The notes below the pieces were generated by a model. The model was not told the DNA's origin and did no database searches. It saw only the letters and a program-made list of their open reading frames with translations. A program made the position numbers and the translations under genes. DNA of 64,000 nt, from positions 68,047 to 132,046 of the forward strand of contig CAVVSB010000002.1 of NCBI GenBank assembly GCA_963750695.1. Reading direction: 5' to 3'. Positions 48,226 to 55,910 of this stretch are shown here, one piece after another. The first letter of the stretch is position 1, and the number at the start of each line of letters is the position of its first letter. The DNA is from an uncultured Solirubrobacterales bacterium. Lineage in GTDB: Bacteria; Actinomycetota; Thermoleophilia; Solirubrobacterales; Solirubrobacteraceae.

Positions 48226-48875
48226 CGAGCCGGCCACGCGATGTGTGTGAGCACGGGCGCGTGATCTGACAGGTGGCCGCGCTCGAGCACGTCGCCGGGC
48301 GCGACCGCCGTGACGCCGCGCAGCAGCACGTGATCGACGTCGTGCCCGCCGGCGAACACGAATCCCGGGAGCTCGAAGCGGCTCAGGTTGAAATCGCCGC
48401 CGAGCACGATCGGCCCGTCGCCCGCCCAGTCCCGCAGCACGCGAGCACTGCGGGCGACCTCGGCAACGCCGCGTCCCGACGCGTGCAGGTTGCCGATCCA
48501 CAGCCCGTTGTCGAGCCTCACGCCAAGCAGCCACCGTCGCTCGGGCAGGAGTCGGAGGCACGCCGCACGTCGTGCGACGATGCGGCGCCCGTGGCGAGTG
48601 AGGGTCGCGTTGCAGCCGCCGCCGTTCGACTTGATGACGTCGGGCCAGCGTTCGGCCGCCGCGCGCCGGAGTCCGAGTCCGGCGTTGCGCGAGGTCAGCA
48701 CGAGCGCGTGTTCCTCGGCGAGACGCGCCGGCCACCACGGCGGGACCTCCTGGAGCAGTGCGACATCCCACTCCCATCCCGCGAGTGCGCCGGCGAATTC
48801 GTCGAACAGGTTGCGGCCCGCCGAGGGCACGGCGCGGCCGTGTTTGAGGTTCCAGGTGAGGACCCGCAGCGTCAC
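48222..48875 (-). CDS. Endonuclease/exonuclease/phosphatase family protein
   Basis: LTWN, LLQE, NLH, GGDFN, DHV and SDHAP; GTG start at 48875 with a TACGTT -10 box 7 nt upstream. Confidence 0.88.
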   Translation of the reverse strand: MTLRVLTWNLKHGRAVPSAGRNLFDEFAGALAGWEWDVALLQEVPPWWPARLAEEHALVLTSRNAGLGLRRAAAERWPDVIKSNGGGCNATLTRHGRRIVARRAACLRLLPERRWLLGVRLDNGLWIGNLHASGRGVAEVARSARVLRDWAGDGPIVLGGDFNLSRFELPGFVFAGGHDVDHVLLRGVTAVAPGDVLERGHLSDHAPVLTHIAWPAR

Positions 48876-48882
48876 CGCCTTC

Positions 48883-48892
48883 AACGTACACT
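48883..48892. promoter_or_regulatory. Bidirectional overlapping -10 elements (TACGTT on -, TACACT on +) for two leaderless genes
   Basis: AACGTACACT lies exactly 7 nt from GTG 48875 (-) and 7 nt from GTG 48900 (+). Confidence 0.65.
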
Positions 48893-48899
48893 CCGCGCG

Positions 48900-49796
48900 G
48901 TGCCGCGCCACTTCCTCACCGGAGCCGAGCTGAGTCGCGACGAGCTGAGTAGCCTCATCGCCCGATCACTTGAGCTGAAAGCCGCTCCGCACTCCTCGAA
49001 CGTGTTTGCGCGGCGGAGCGTCGCGCTCATCTTCCAGAAGCCGTCGACGCGCACCCGGGTGTCGTTCGAGGCGGGGGTCACGGAGCTCGGCGGCCATCCG
49101 ATGGTGCTCCGCACCGAGGAACTCCAGCTGACTCGCGGCGAGTCGGTCCGCGATACCGCCTACGTCCTCTCGCGCCACGCCGCGGCGGTCGGCATTCGCA
49201 CCGGTCCGGATGAGCTCGTCGAAGAGCTCGCCGACCACGCGACGATCCCCGTCGTCAACATGCTCACCGCGCGCCATCACCCGTGCCAGGCACTCGCCGA
49301 TCTGATGACGCTCCAGGAGACGTTCGGTCACCTCGACGGGTTGTCGCTCGCCTACATCGGCGACGGGAACAATGTCGCGCGCTCGCTGGCGATCCTCGGC
49401 GAGATCGCCGGCGTCGAGGTGCGCGTCGCCTCACCTGCCGGTTACGAACTCGAGCCTGTCGCGGGTGCCGTCCTCACGGACGATCCGCACGCTGCAGCTG
49501 CCGGTGCGGACGCGGTGTACACCGACGTGTGGGTGAGCATGAGTGACGACCCGGAGACGGCCGCGGCGCGCCGTCTGGTGCTCGGCCGCTATCGCATCGA
49601 CGATGCACTGATGGACCTTGCCGCCCCACAGGGGGTGGCGATGCACTGTCTGCCGGCACATCTCGGCGAGGAGATCACGGCCGAGGTTCTCTACGGCTCG
49701 CGCCAGCGAATCTGGGACCAGGCGGAGAATCGACGACACGCGCAGAAGGCTCTGCTCGAGTTCCTTGTTGGCGGCCCGGACCGCTCGGAAGGGTAA
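48900..49796 (+). CDS. argF: Ornithine carbamoyltransferase
   Basis: KPSTRTRVSF, HPCQALAD, YTDVWVSM, HCLPAH and QAENR. Confidence 0.95.
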   Translation: MPRHFLTGAELSRDELSSLIARSLELKAAPHSSNVFARRSVALIFQKPSTRTRVSFEAGVTELGGHPMVLRTEELQLTRGESVRDTAYVLSRHAAAVGIRTGPDELVEELADHATIPVVNMLTARHHPCQALADLMTLQETFGHLDGLSLAYIGDGNNVARSLAILGEIAGVEVRVASPAGYELEPVAGAVLTDDPHAAAAGADAVYTDVWVSMSDDPETAAARRLVLGRYRIDDALMDLAAPQGVAMHCLPAHLGEEITAEVLYGSRQRIWDQAENRRHAQKALLEFLVGGPDRSEG

Positions 49797-49825
49797 GCTC
49801 GGCGGGACTGACGAGGAGGGTAGTG

Positions 49826-50383
49826 ATGCCAGCAGCGAAGTCGTCCGGAAACTCGCGCCCCGCTCAGGCCGAGCCGAGCGCGGCGAGCGGGAGCGACGGA
49901 CTCGCGAATGTCGTCGAGCAGCTCGCCAACCGGCTCTTCAAACGACTGGACCTCGTCGTGCTCACCCGCGACCGGATCCAGGAGACGATGGACGATGCTG
50001 CCGAGCGCGGCCGCGTGACGCGCAGCGACGCGAACGCACTCGCCGCAGAACTCGTCCGGCGCGGCCGCCAGCAGCGCGAGGACATCTGGAGCGAGATCGA
50101 GCAGGTGCTCGGACGCGGTCGCGACCAGCTGGACTCGGCGACCCAGCGGGCGCGGCAAGCGGAGCCCGTCGACCGGATCGTCCGCAGCGCCGACCGGGCG
50201 CGCCGGACAGTCAATCTTGGGTCATCGTTCCCGATCTCCGGCTACGACGAGCTCACGGCGCGCCAGGTCATGGCGAAGCTCGGCCAGCTGTCGCCCGCCG
50301 AACTCCGTCGCGTCGGCGAGCACGAGCGGCGCCACGCGAACCGCAAATCGGTCCTGGCGGCTGTCGACAAAGCGCTCGGCTGA
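49826..50383 (+). CDS. Phasin-like helical protein with a C-terminal PISGYDELT domain
   Basis: IQETMDDAAERG...LVRRG phasin-like segment; FPISGYDELT...ERRHANRKSVL; GAGGAG RBS. Confidence 0.6.
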   Translation: MPAAKSSGNSRPAQAEPSAASGSDGLANVVEQLANRLFKRLDLVVLTRDRIQETMDDAAERGRVTRSDANALAAELVRRGRQQREDIWSEIEQVLGRGRDQLDSATQRARQAEPVDRIVRSADRARRTVNLGSSFPISGYDELTARQVMAKLGQLSPAELRRVGEHERRHANRKSVLAAVDKALG

Positions 50384-50397
50384 CCGGCGATCGAGCG

Positions 50398-51885
50398 CTA
50401 CGCGAGCGCGAGGTCGTCGAGCAGCACGCGGAGGTCAAGTTGCTCGCCGGTGAGCTCGGCGAGCAGTTCATCCGGCGTCTGGCGCTGTCCGTCTCGCCAC
50501 AGCGACCGCAGCAGCGCGCCGGCGTCCGCGGACTCGAACCACAGCTCGCCGAAACGCTCGACTAAATGACGCCGCAGATGGGCCTCGAGGGCCCAGGCGC
50601 GCAGGTAGCACGACGAGTAGAAGCCGGGATCGACGTCGGCGAGGTAGCTCTCGCCCGTCCAGGTCACGCGGAGTCCCTCACTCAGCAGCGCGGCATAGCG
50701 GTCGGCGAGTGGGGCCAGCGACTGTGGCTGGTCGTGCAGCTCGAGCTCGTAGGCGAATTTGGCGCAATACCGGCGGAGATACAGCGTCCGGGTGGCCCGT
50801 CCCTGCGCCGCGATTGCGCCCGCGTCGGTGATGCCGAGCCGTCGCTCGAGCCACGCAGGCGTCTCGACGAGGCGCTCGAGCAGGAACGCGAACGACTCGG
50901 TGATCGCGTTGTCGCCGAGCATCCGGAACTCGAATGGAAGCCCGGGATCGACGGACGCGTAATGCTCGGTATGGCCACCCTCGTGGAACAGGATCACGAA
51001 GTCGTCGTGGCCGCCGATGGGCGAGAGCACGAGATAGACCTCCCCGGGAGCGCGGACCGGCGCGCAGAATGCGCGCGGCGTCTTGCTCGGGCGTTGCTCG
51101 AGGTCGAGCACGACGCCCTCCTGGGTGTGGAGGTCGATGCCGAGTCCGCGCAGCGTCTGCTCGAAGGAGTCCACGAGCCGATCTGCCGGGAACAGGGCGT
51201 CGAGGTCAGGGGCACGCATGAAGCGTGAGATGTCCGCGCGCTGGAGCCGGTCAAGCCCATAACCGAGAGCAGACTGCAGCGGCTCGTCAACGGCGCCCGC
51301 ATATCCGGCGTCGGACGCAGCCGTGAACGCGCTCGTCTGCTCGGCGAGCACGTCGAGATCCAGACCCTTGCACGTCTCGCACAGCTCGCGGTAGCTGCGG
51401 TACCCGAGCTCGCGGGCGACGGCGTGCTGGCAGCCGATCAGCTCGCCGTAGAGATCATTGAGGTCGGAGGCAATGAGCGTGAGCCGGGCGTCCTCGATCG
51501 CCGCTCGGCGCGCCGGGTCCGGCTCGTTGGCCTGCACGACCGACGACTCTCGGAACCCGAGGCGCTGGCCGTCCACCTCGAGCGTCAGCGTCGCCTCGCG
51601 CCCGGCGAGCTCGGCCTCGGCCCGCTTGGCCGCATCGCCGATGTGCCCCTGCACGGCGAAGTCGAGCAGCATCCGCAGCCGCCGCTGCTGATCGCTGCCG
51701 GGGGAGGAGGCGTCGGTCAGCCCCCGGAGCCGCTCGACCGAGCCACGGGTGAACAGCTCGGCGTGCGCCTCGTAGATCGGCTCGATCTCGTAGCTGTTCT
51801 TGAGCCCAGCGAAATGACGGTATTCCTCCCGGGTCAGATCGGTGAGGAAGGCTTCGGCAGACTGGCGGTAGGCCTCGAGCTCCAC
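50398..51885 (-). CDS. M3/M2-like zinc metallopeptidase (oligoendopeptidase-like)
   Basis: KTPRAFCAP, HEGGH (HExxH) and a downstream TESFA Glu. Confidence 0.75.
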   Translation of the reverse strand: MELEAYRQSAEAFLTDLTREEYRHFAGLKNSYEIEPIYEAHAELFTRGSVERLRGLTDASSPGSDQQRRLRMLLDFAVQGHIGDAAKRAEAELAGREATLTLEVDGQRLGFRESSVVQANEPDPARRAAIEDARLTLIASDLNDLYGELIGCQHAVARELGYRSYRELCETCKGLDLDVLAEQTSAFTAASDAGYAGAVDEPLQSALGYGLDRLQRADISRFMRAPDLDALFPADRLVDSFEQTLRGLGIDLHTQEGVVLDLEQRPSKTPRAFCAPVRAPGEVYLVLSPIGGHDDFVILFHEGGHTEHYASVDPGLPFEFRMLGDNAITESFAFLLERLVETPAWLERRLGITDAGAIAAQGRATRTLYLRRYCAKFAYELELHDQPQSLAPLADRYAALLSEGLRVTWTGESYLADVDPGFYSSCYLRAWALEAHLRRHLVERFGELWFESADAGALLRSLWRDGQRQTPDELLAELTGEQLDLRVLLDDLALA

Positions 51886-51905
51886 GCCCCTGCCATCCTA
51901 GAGGC

Positions 51906-53273
51906 GTGACTTCATCCACGCCCTCCACTCCGGCGGCCGCTCGACCCAGCCGCGGCGACGAGCTCGAGCTGACGATCGACTCGCTCGCCTACGGCGGCAA
52001 CGGTGTCGCCCGGCGAGACGGATACGTCGTGTTCGTCCAGGGCGCGATCTCCGGCGACCGCGTCCGCGCCGTCGTCACGAAGTCAAAGCGCGCGTATGCC
52101 GAGGCGCGCGCGGTCGAGATCCTCCAGCCGGGCCCGGCGCGGATCCCACCCGTCGCCCATCACCCAGGCGCACCGTGGCAGGTGCTCGGCTACGAGCGTC
52201 AGCTCGAGGTCAAGCAGGAGCAGGTCGACGACGCTTTGCGGCGGATCGGCAAGCTCGACGGGTTCGAACTCGAGGAGATCGTGCCCGCCGTCGAACCGTG
52301 GCGCTACCGCAATAAGCTCGAATATTCGTTCGGTGCCGACCCCGACGACGGCCACCTCGTGTGTGGGTTCCACGCCCCCGGCCGCTGGAACGAGATCGTC
52401 GACATCGACGACTGCCTGCTCGCCTCCGAGGCGGTCAGCGCCGCGCGGAGCGAGATCGTCGAGTGGTGCCGCCGTTCCGGCCTGGCGCCGTATGACCGGC
52501 GTACCGGCGAGGGCGTCCTGCGCAACCTCGTCATCCGCGAGGGTCGGCGCACCGGCCAGCTCCAGGTCCGGCTCGTCACGACCCCGACCAAGCTCGACAC
52601 GGACGCGCTCGCGCAGGCGAGCAGCGCGGACGCGCTGCTGTGGACGCGGATCGACTCGGTCGCCGAAGTTACGCAGGGCGGCGACACGGACCTCCTCACC
52701 GGCGTTGAACGCATCGAGGAAGAGCTCGGCGGGATGCGGTTCCAGATCTCGCCGCACGCGTTCTTTCAGACGAACACCGAGATGGCTGAGCAGCTCTACG
52801 CCCTCGCGACGGAAGCCGCCGAGCTGCGCGGCTATGAACGTGTCTACGACCTGTTCTGCGGGATCGGGACGATCGGGCTGCTGCTGGCGCCCCGGGCGGC
52901 CGAGGTGTGGGGACTCGAGCTGATCGAGGAGGCGATCGCCGACGCGATCACGAACGCCCGACTCAACGAGATCGACAACGCCCGCTTCTACGCCGGGGAT
53001 GTGCGCCTCGCGCTGCGCGAGCTGGTGTCGAAGGCCGGCCGCCCCGACGTGATCGTCGTCGACCCGCCGCGAGCCGGGCTCTCCCGGAAGGTTGTCCGGC
53101 GGCTGATCGAGGCCTCGGCGAGGCGGATCGTGTACGTCTCGTGCAATCCGACCACGCTCGCCCCGAACGCCGCCCAGCTCGTGGAGGCCGGCTATACGCT
53201 GACCCGTGTGCGTCCGGTCGACATGTTCCCGCAGACGCCGCACATCGAGTGCGTAGCCGTGCTCGAGCGGTAG
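51906..53273 (+). CDS. rlmD: 23S rRNA (uracil-1939-C5)-methyltransferase
   Basis: TRAM domain; YRNK, FFQTN, DLFCGIG, VDPPRAG, YVSCNP and DMFPQTPHIE. Confidence 0.93.
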   Translation: MTSSTPSTPAAARPSRGDELELTIDSLAYGGNGVARRDGYVVFVQGAISGDRVRAVVTKSKRAYAEARAVEILQPGPARIPPVAHHPGAPWQVLGYERQLEVKQEQVDDALRRIGKLDGFELEEIVPAVEPWRYRNKLEYSFGADPDDGHLVCGFHAPGRWNEIVDIDDCLLASEAVSAARSEIVEWCRRSGLAPYDRRTGEGVLRNLVIREGRRTGQLQVRLVTTPTKLDTDALAQASSADALLWTRIDSVAEVTQGGDTDLLTGVERIEEELGGMRFQISPHAFFQTNTEMAEQLYALATEAAELRGYERVYDLFCGIGTIGLLLAPRAAEVWGLELIEEAIADAITNARLNEIDNARFYAGDVRLALRELVSKAGRPDVIVVDPPRAGLSRKVVRRLIEASARRIVYVSCNPTTLAPNAAQLVEAGYTLTRVRPVDMFPQTPHIECVAVLER

Positions 53274-53286
53274 GGTTTCCGGCCTC

Positions 53287-54228
53287 ATGCGTGCCGTCGT
53301 GATCAGGGATCAGGAGCTGTTCGTCGAGGAGCAGCCCGACCCCGAGCCCGGCGCCGGACAGGTACTCGTCGCGATCAAGGCGGCGGGACTCAACGGCGCC
53401 GACATGCACCAGCGCCTCGGGCGCTACCCGGCGCCGCCGGGATCGCCGCAGGACATCCCGGGGCTCGAGTTCGCCGGCGAGGTCGCTCGCTGCGGCCCTG
53501 GCGCCGACCGGTTCTCGCCGGGTGACCGCGTGATGGCGGTTGTCGGGGGTGGCGGCCAGGCGGAGACGACCGTCGTCCACGAGCGGATGCTGATGCCGGT
53601 GCCGGAGAACCTCAGTTGGCCGGAGGCCGGCGGGATGCCGGAGGTGTTCACGACCGCCCACGACGCCGTCTTCAGCCAGGCCGGGCTGAAGCCCGGAGAG
53701 CGGCTGCTCGTCCACGGCGCCGCCGGGGGCGTCGGGACCGCCGCGATCCAGCTTGGGCGCGCGGCCGGGGCGACGGTGACCGCGACCGTGCGCAATCCGG
53801 ATCTGCGCAACGGGGTCGCCGCGTTCGGCGCGACGGTGATCTCGCCGGAGGGGTTCCCCGACCACGGCCCGTTCGACGTCATCCTCGAGCTCGTCGGCGC
53901 TCCGAACCTATCGGACAACCTCAAGGCGCTCGACCTGTGGGGTCGGATCGCGGTCATCGGGATCGGCGCCGGCGCCAAGGGCGAGCTCAACCTCGGGCTG
54001 CTGATGGGCAAGCGCGCCCGGATCTGCGGCTCGACGCTGCGGCCGCGTCCGCTCGAGGAGAAGGCGCTTGCGGCCCGGGCGGTCGAGCGCTCAGTGTTGC
54101 CGCTGATCGCCTCGGGCGACGTGCGCGTGCCGGTCGCGGCGACGTATCCACTCGATGAGGTGCGCGACGCCTACGAGCGGTTCTCCGCGGGCGGGAAGCT
54201 CGGGAAGATCGTGCTCGTGACCGAGTAA
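53287..54228 (+). CDS. NAD(P)H:quinone oxidoreductase (PIG3-type MDR)
   Basis: AAGLNGAD, PGLEFAG, LVHGAAGGVG, GSTLRPR and GKIVL. Confidence 0.92.
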   Translation: MRAVVIRDQELFVEEQPDPEPGAGQVLVAIKAAGLNGADMHQRLGRYPAPPGSPQDIPGLEFAGEVARCGPGADRFSPGDRVMAVVGGGGQAETTVVHERMLMPVPENLSWPEAGGMPEVFTTAHDAVFSQAGLKPGERLLVHGAAGGVGTAAIQLGRAAGATVTATVRNPDLRNGVAAFGATVISPEGFPDHGPFDVILELVGAPNLSDNLKALDLWGRIAVIGIGAGAKGELNLGLLMGKRARICGSTLRPRPLEEKALAARAVERSVLPLIASGDVRVPVAATYPLDEVRDAYERFSAGGKLGKIVLVTE

Positions 54229-54261
54229 TCCGTCCGAGGCGGATAATGCCCGGCACCGGCG

Positions 54262-55086
54262 ATGGCGAGCGACGCTCTTCTCCAGCTGATCGGGGACACC
54301 CACAGCCTGCTTGACCTTGACGAGTTCCGTCTGGAGGTGCTCGCGGCGCTCGACCGCGCGATTCCGTCGGACTGGGTGTCGCTCAACGACATCGGCCCGG
54401 ACCCCGAGGACGCGGTCGTGATCGCCGAGCCGGAGCCTCCGCCGGGGCTGCTCGAGTCGTTCCTTCGCTACGCGCACCAGAACCCACTCGTCGCGCACCA
54501 CGTGGCGACGCTCGACGGGCGCCCGTGGCGGTTCTCAGACTTCCTCTCGCAGCGGGAATTGCACGCGCTCGATCTTTACAAGCAGGTGTACGCCAAGCTC
54601 GGCGTCGAGTACCAGATCGCGTTTACGCTGCCGAACGAGCGCGGGCGGGTCCTGGGGATCGCGCTCAGCCGCCGCGACTGCGACTTCACCGACGAAGAGC
54701 GCGACCTCCTTGCCGAAGCCCGGCCGTTCCTCATCCAGTCCTACCGCAACGCGCTGCGGTACACCGACGTGCTGCGCAATCCGGCCGCGATCGAGTCGCC
54801 GCGCCGCGACCGGCTGATCGCGCTCGGGCTCACCGGCAGACAGGCGGACGTGCTGCTGCTCGTCGCCACCGGCGCGTCCGAGCGGACGGCCGCCGAGCGC
54901 CTCGGGATCAGCCACCGCACGGTGCAAAAGCACCTCGAGCGGTGTTATCGACAACTCGGCGTGTCGAGCCGCTCACAGGCGGCGGCGGTCGCGTGGGCGA
55001 CGGCGGAGCCTCGACCCGCGGGCTACTCAGGCTCGCTGAACCCGGCCTCGTCCGCGGCCAGCCCCGGCTCATCCTCGGCGGCGTGA
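54262..55086 (+). CDS. LuxR-type HTH regulator with a GAF-like N-terminal domain
   Basis: LTGRQADVL...AERLGISHRTVQKHLERCYRQLGVSSR. Confidence 0.85.
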   Translation: MASDALLQLIGDTHSLLDLDEFRLEVLAALDRAIPSDWVSLNDIGPDPEDAVVIAEPEPPPGLLESFLRYAHQNPLVAHHVATLDGRPWRFSDFLSQRELHALDLYKQVYAKLGVEYQIAFTLPNERGRVLGIALSRRDCDFTDEERDLLAEARPFLIQSYRNALRYTDVLRNPAAIESPRRDRLIALGLTGRQADVLLLVATGASERTAAERLGISHRTVQKHLERCYRQLGVSSRSQAAAVAWATAEPRPAGYSGSLNPASSAASPGSSSAA

Positions 55087-55208
55087 ATCGAGCACAGCGC
55101 CGGTCCGCCGGACTCCATCACCGCCTCGATCTCCTGAGGAGTGAGCTTTGCCCCGCACTCCTCACAACGATCGCCGATCTGCTCGATGGTGCGCTCTTCG
55201 AGGTCCAT
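55023..55208 (-). CDS. Small putative zinc-binding protein (CxxC...CxxH), 61 aa
   Basis: RCEECG...LCSIH; TACACT -10 box 6 nt upstream of the ATG; acidic composition. Confidence 0.7.
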   Translation of the reverse strand: MDLEERTIEQIGDRCEECGAKLTPQEIEAVMESGGPALCSIHAAEDEPGLAADEAGFSEPE

Positions 55209-55260
55209 AGAGCGAGTGTAACTCCGCGATGCCGACGAGCGGGGTGCGATTGGACACCGA

Positions 55261-55866
55261 TCAGTACGGCGGCAGATCGGCCCACCACCGGCCGAGCACC
55301 CGGAACGCCGACCAGAACTCGCGCTTGGCGGTTTCCTCGTCGAGCGCGTCGTCGATATTCGGCACGTACAGGGCCTCGATCGATGGCGTGTAGCGCTGGA
55401 CGTCGCCGAAATCAGGGGTCAGCTCGCGGTGGAGCGGGACGTCGAGCTCGTTCATCACGGTCAGCGCCTCGGCGCCCATCACGACGATCATCTTCGGCTG
55501 GACGATCGCGAGTTCCTCGGCGAGCCGGGCGATGCAGCCGGGGTCGGCCATCACCGGGTCGAACACGGGGCATTTGGCGCACAGCGTCCCGTAGACGGCG
55601 AGCGGATCGATCGACAGGCGCTTGAGCGATTTCATCAGCGCGTTGCCGGTGCGGCCGTAGAACGCGACCCCCTCCTCGACCTCGGAGGGCCGAGCCGAGT
55701 ACTTGACGAGGAAGATGTCCGCCTGGGGGTGCCCGGACCCGAGCACGGGCATGAGCGCGCCCCGCGGGCACTGCGTACAGCTCTGGAGATCGCGGGAGAA
55801 GGCGTTCAGCTCGCGGATCGCCCGCTCGAGATATTTCTCGCGGATCTCGTCATCGGTGGCCGGCAT
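55261..55866 (-). CDS. Family-4 uracil-DNA-glycosylase-like protein with the catalytic motifs replaced
   Basis: CTQCP...PVLGSGHPQADI, G.AFYGRTG, AKC and QPKMIVVMG match the UDG4 scaffold; GEAPG is replaced by KYSAR and HP by PN. Confidence 0.8.
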   Translation of the reverse strand: MPATDDEIREKYLERAIRELNAFSRDLQSCTQCPRGALMPVLGSGHPQADIFLVKYSARPSEVEEGVAFYGRTGNALMKSLKRLSIDPLAVYGTLCAKCPVFDPVMADPGCIARLAEELAIVQPKMIVVMGAEALTVMNELDVPLHRELTPDFGDVQRYTPSIEALYVPNIDDALDEETAKREFWSAFRVLGRWWADLPPY

Positions 55867-55910
55867 CCCCCTCGGATTGGACGGCGGCTCAGCTTGTCCT
55901 TGCGCATGCA

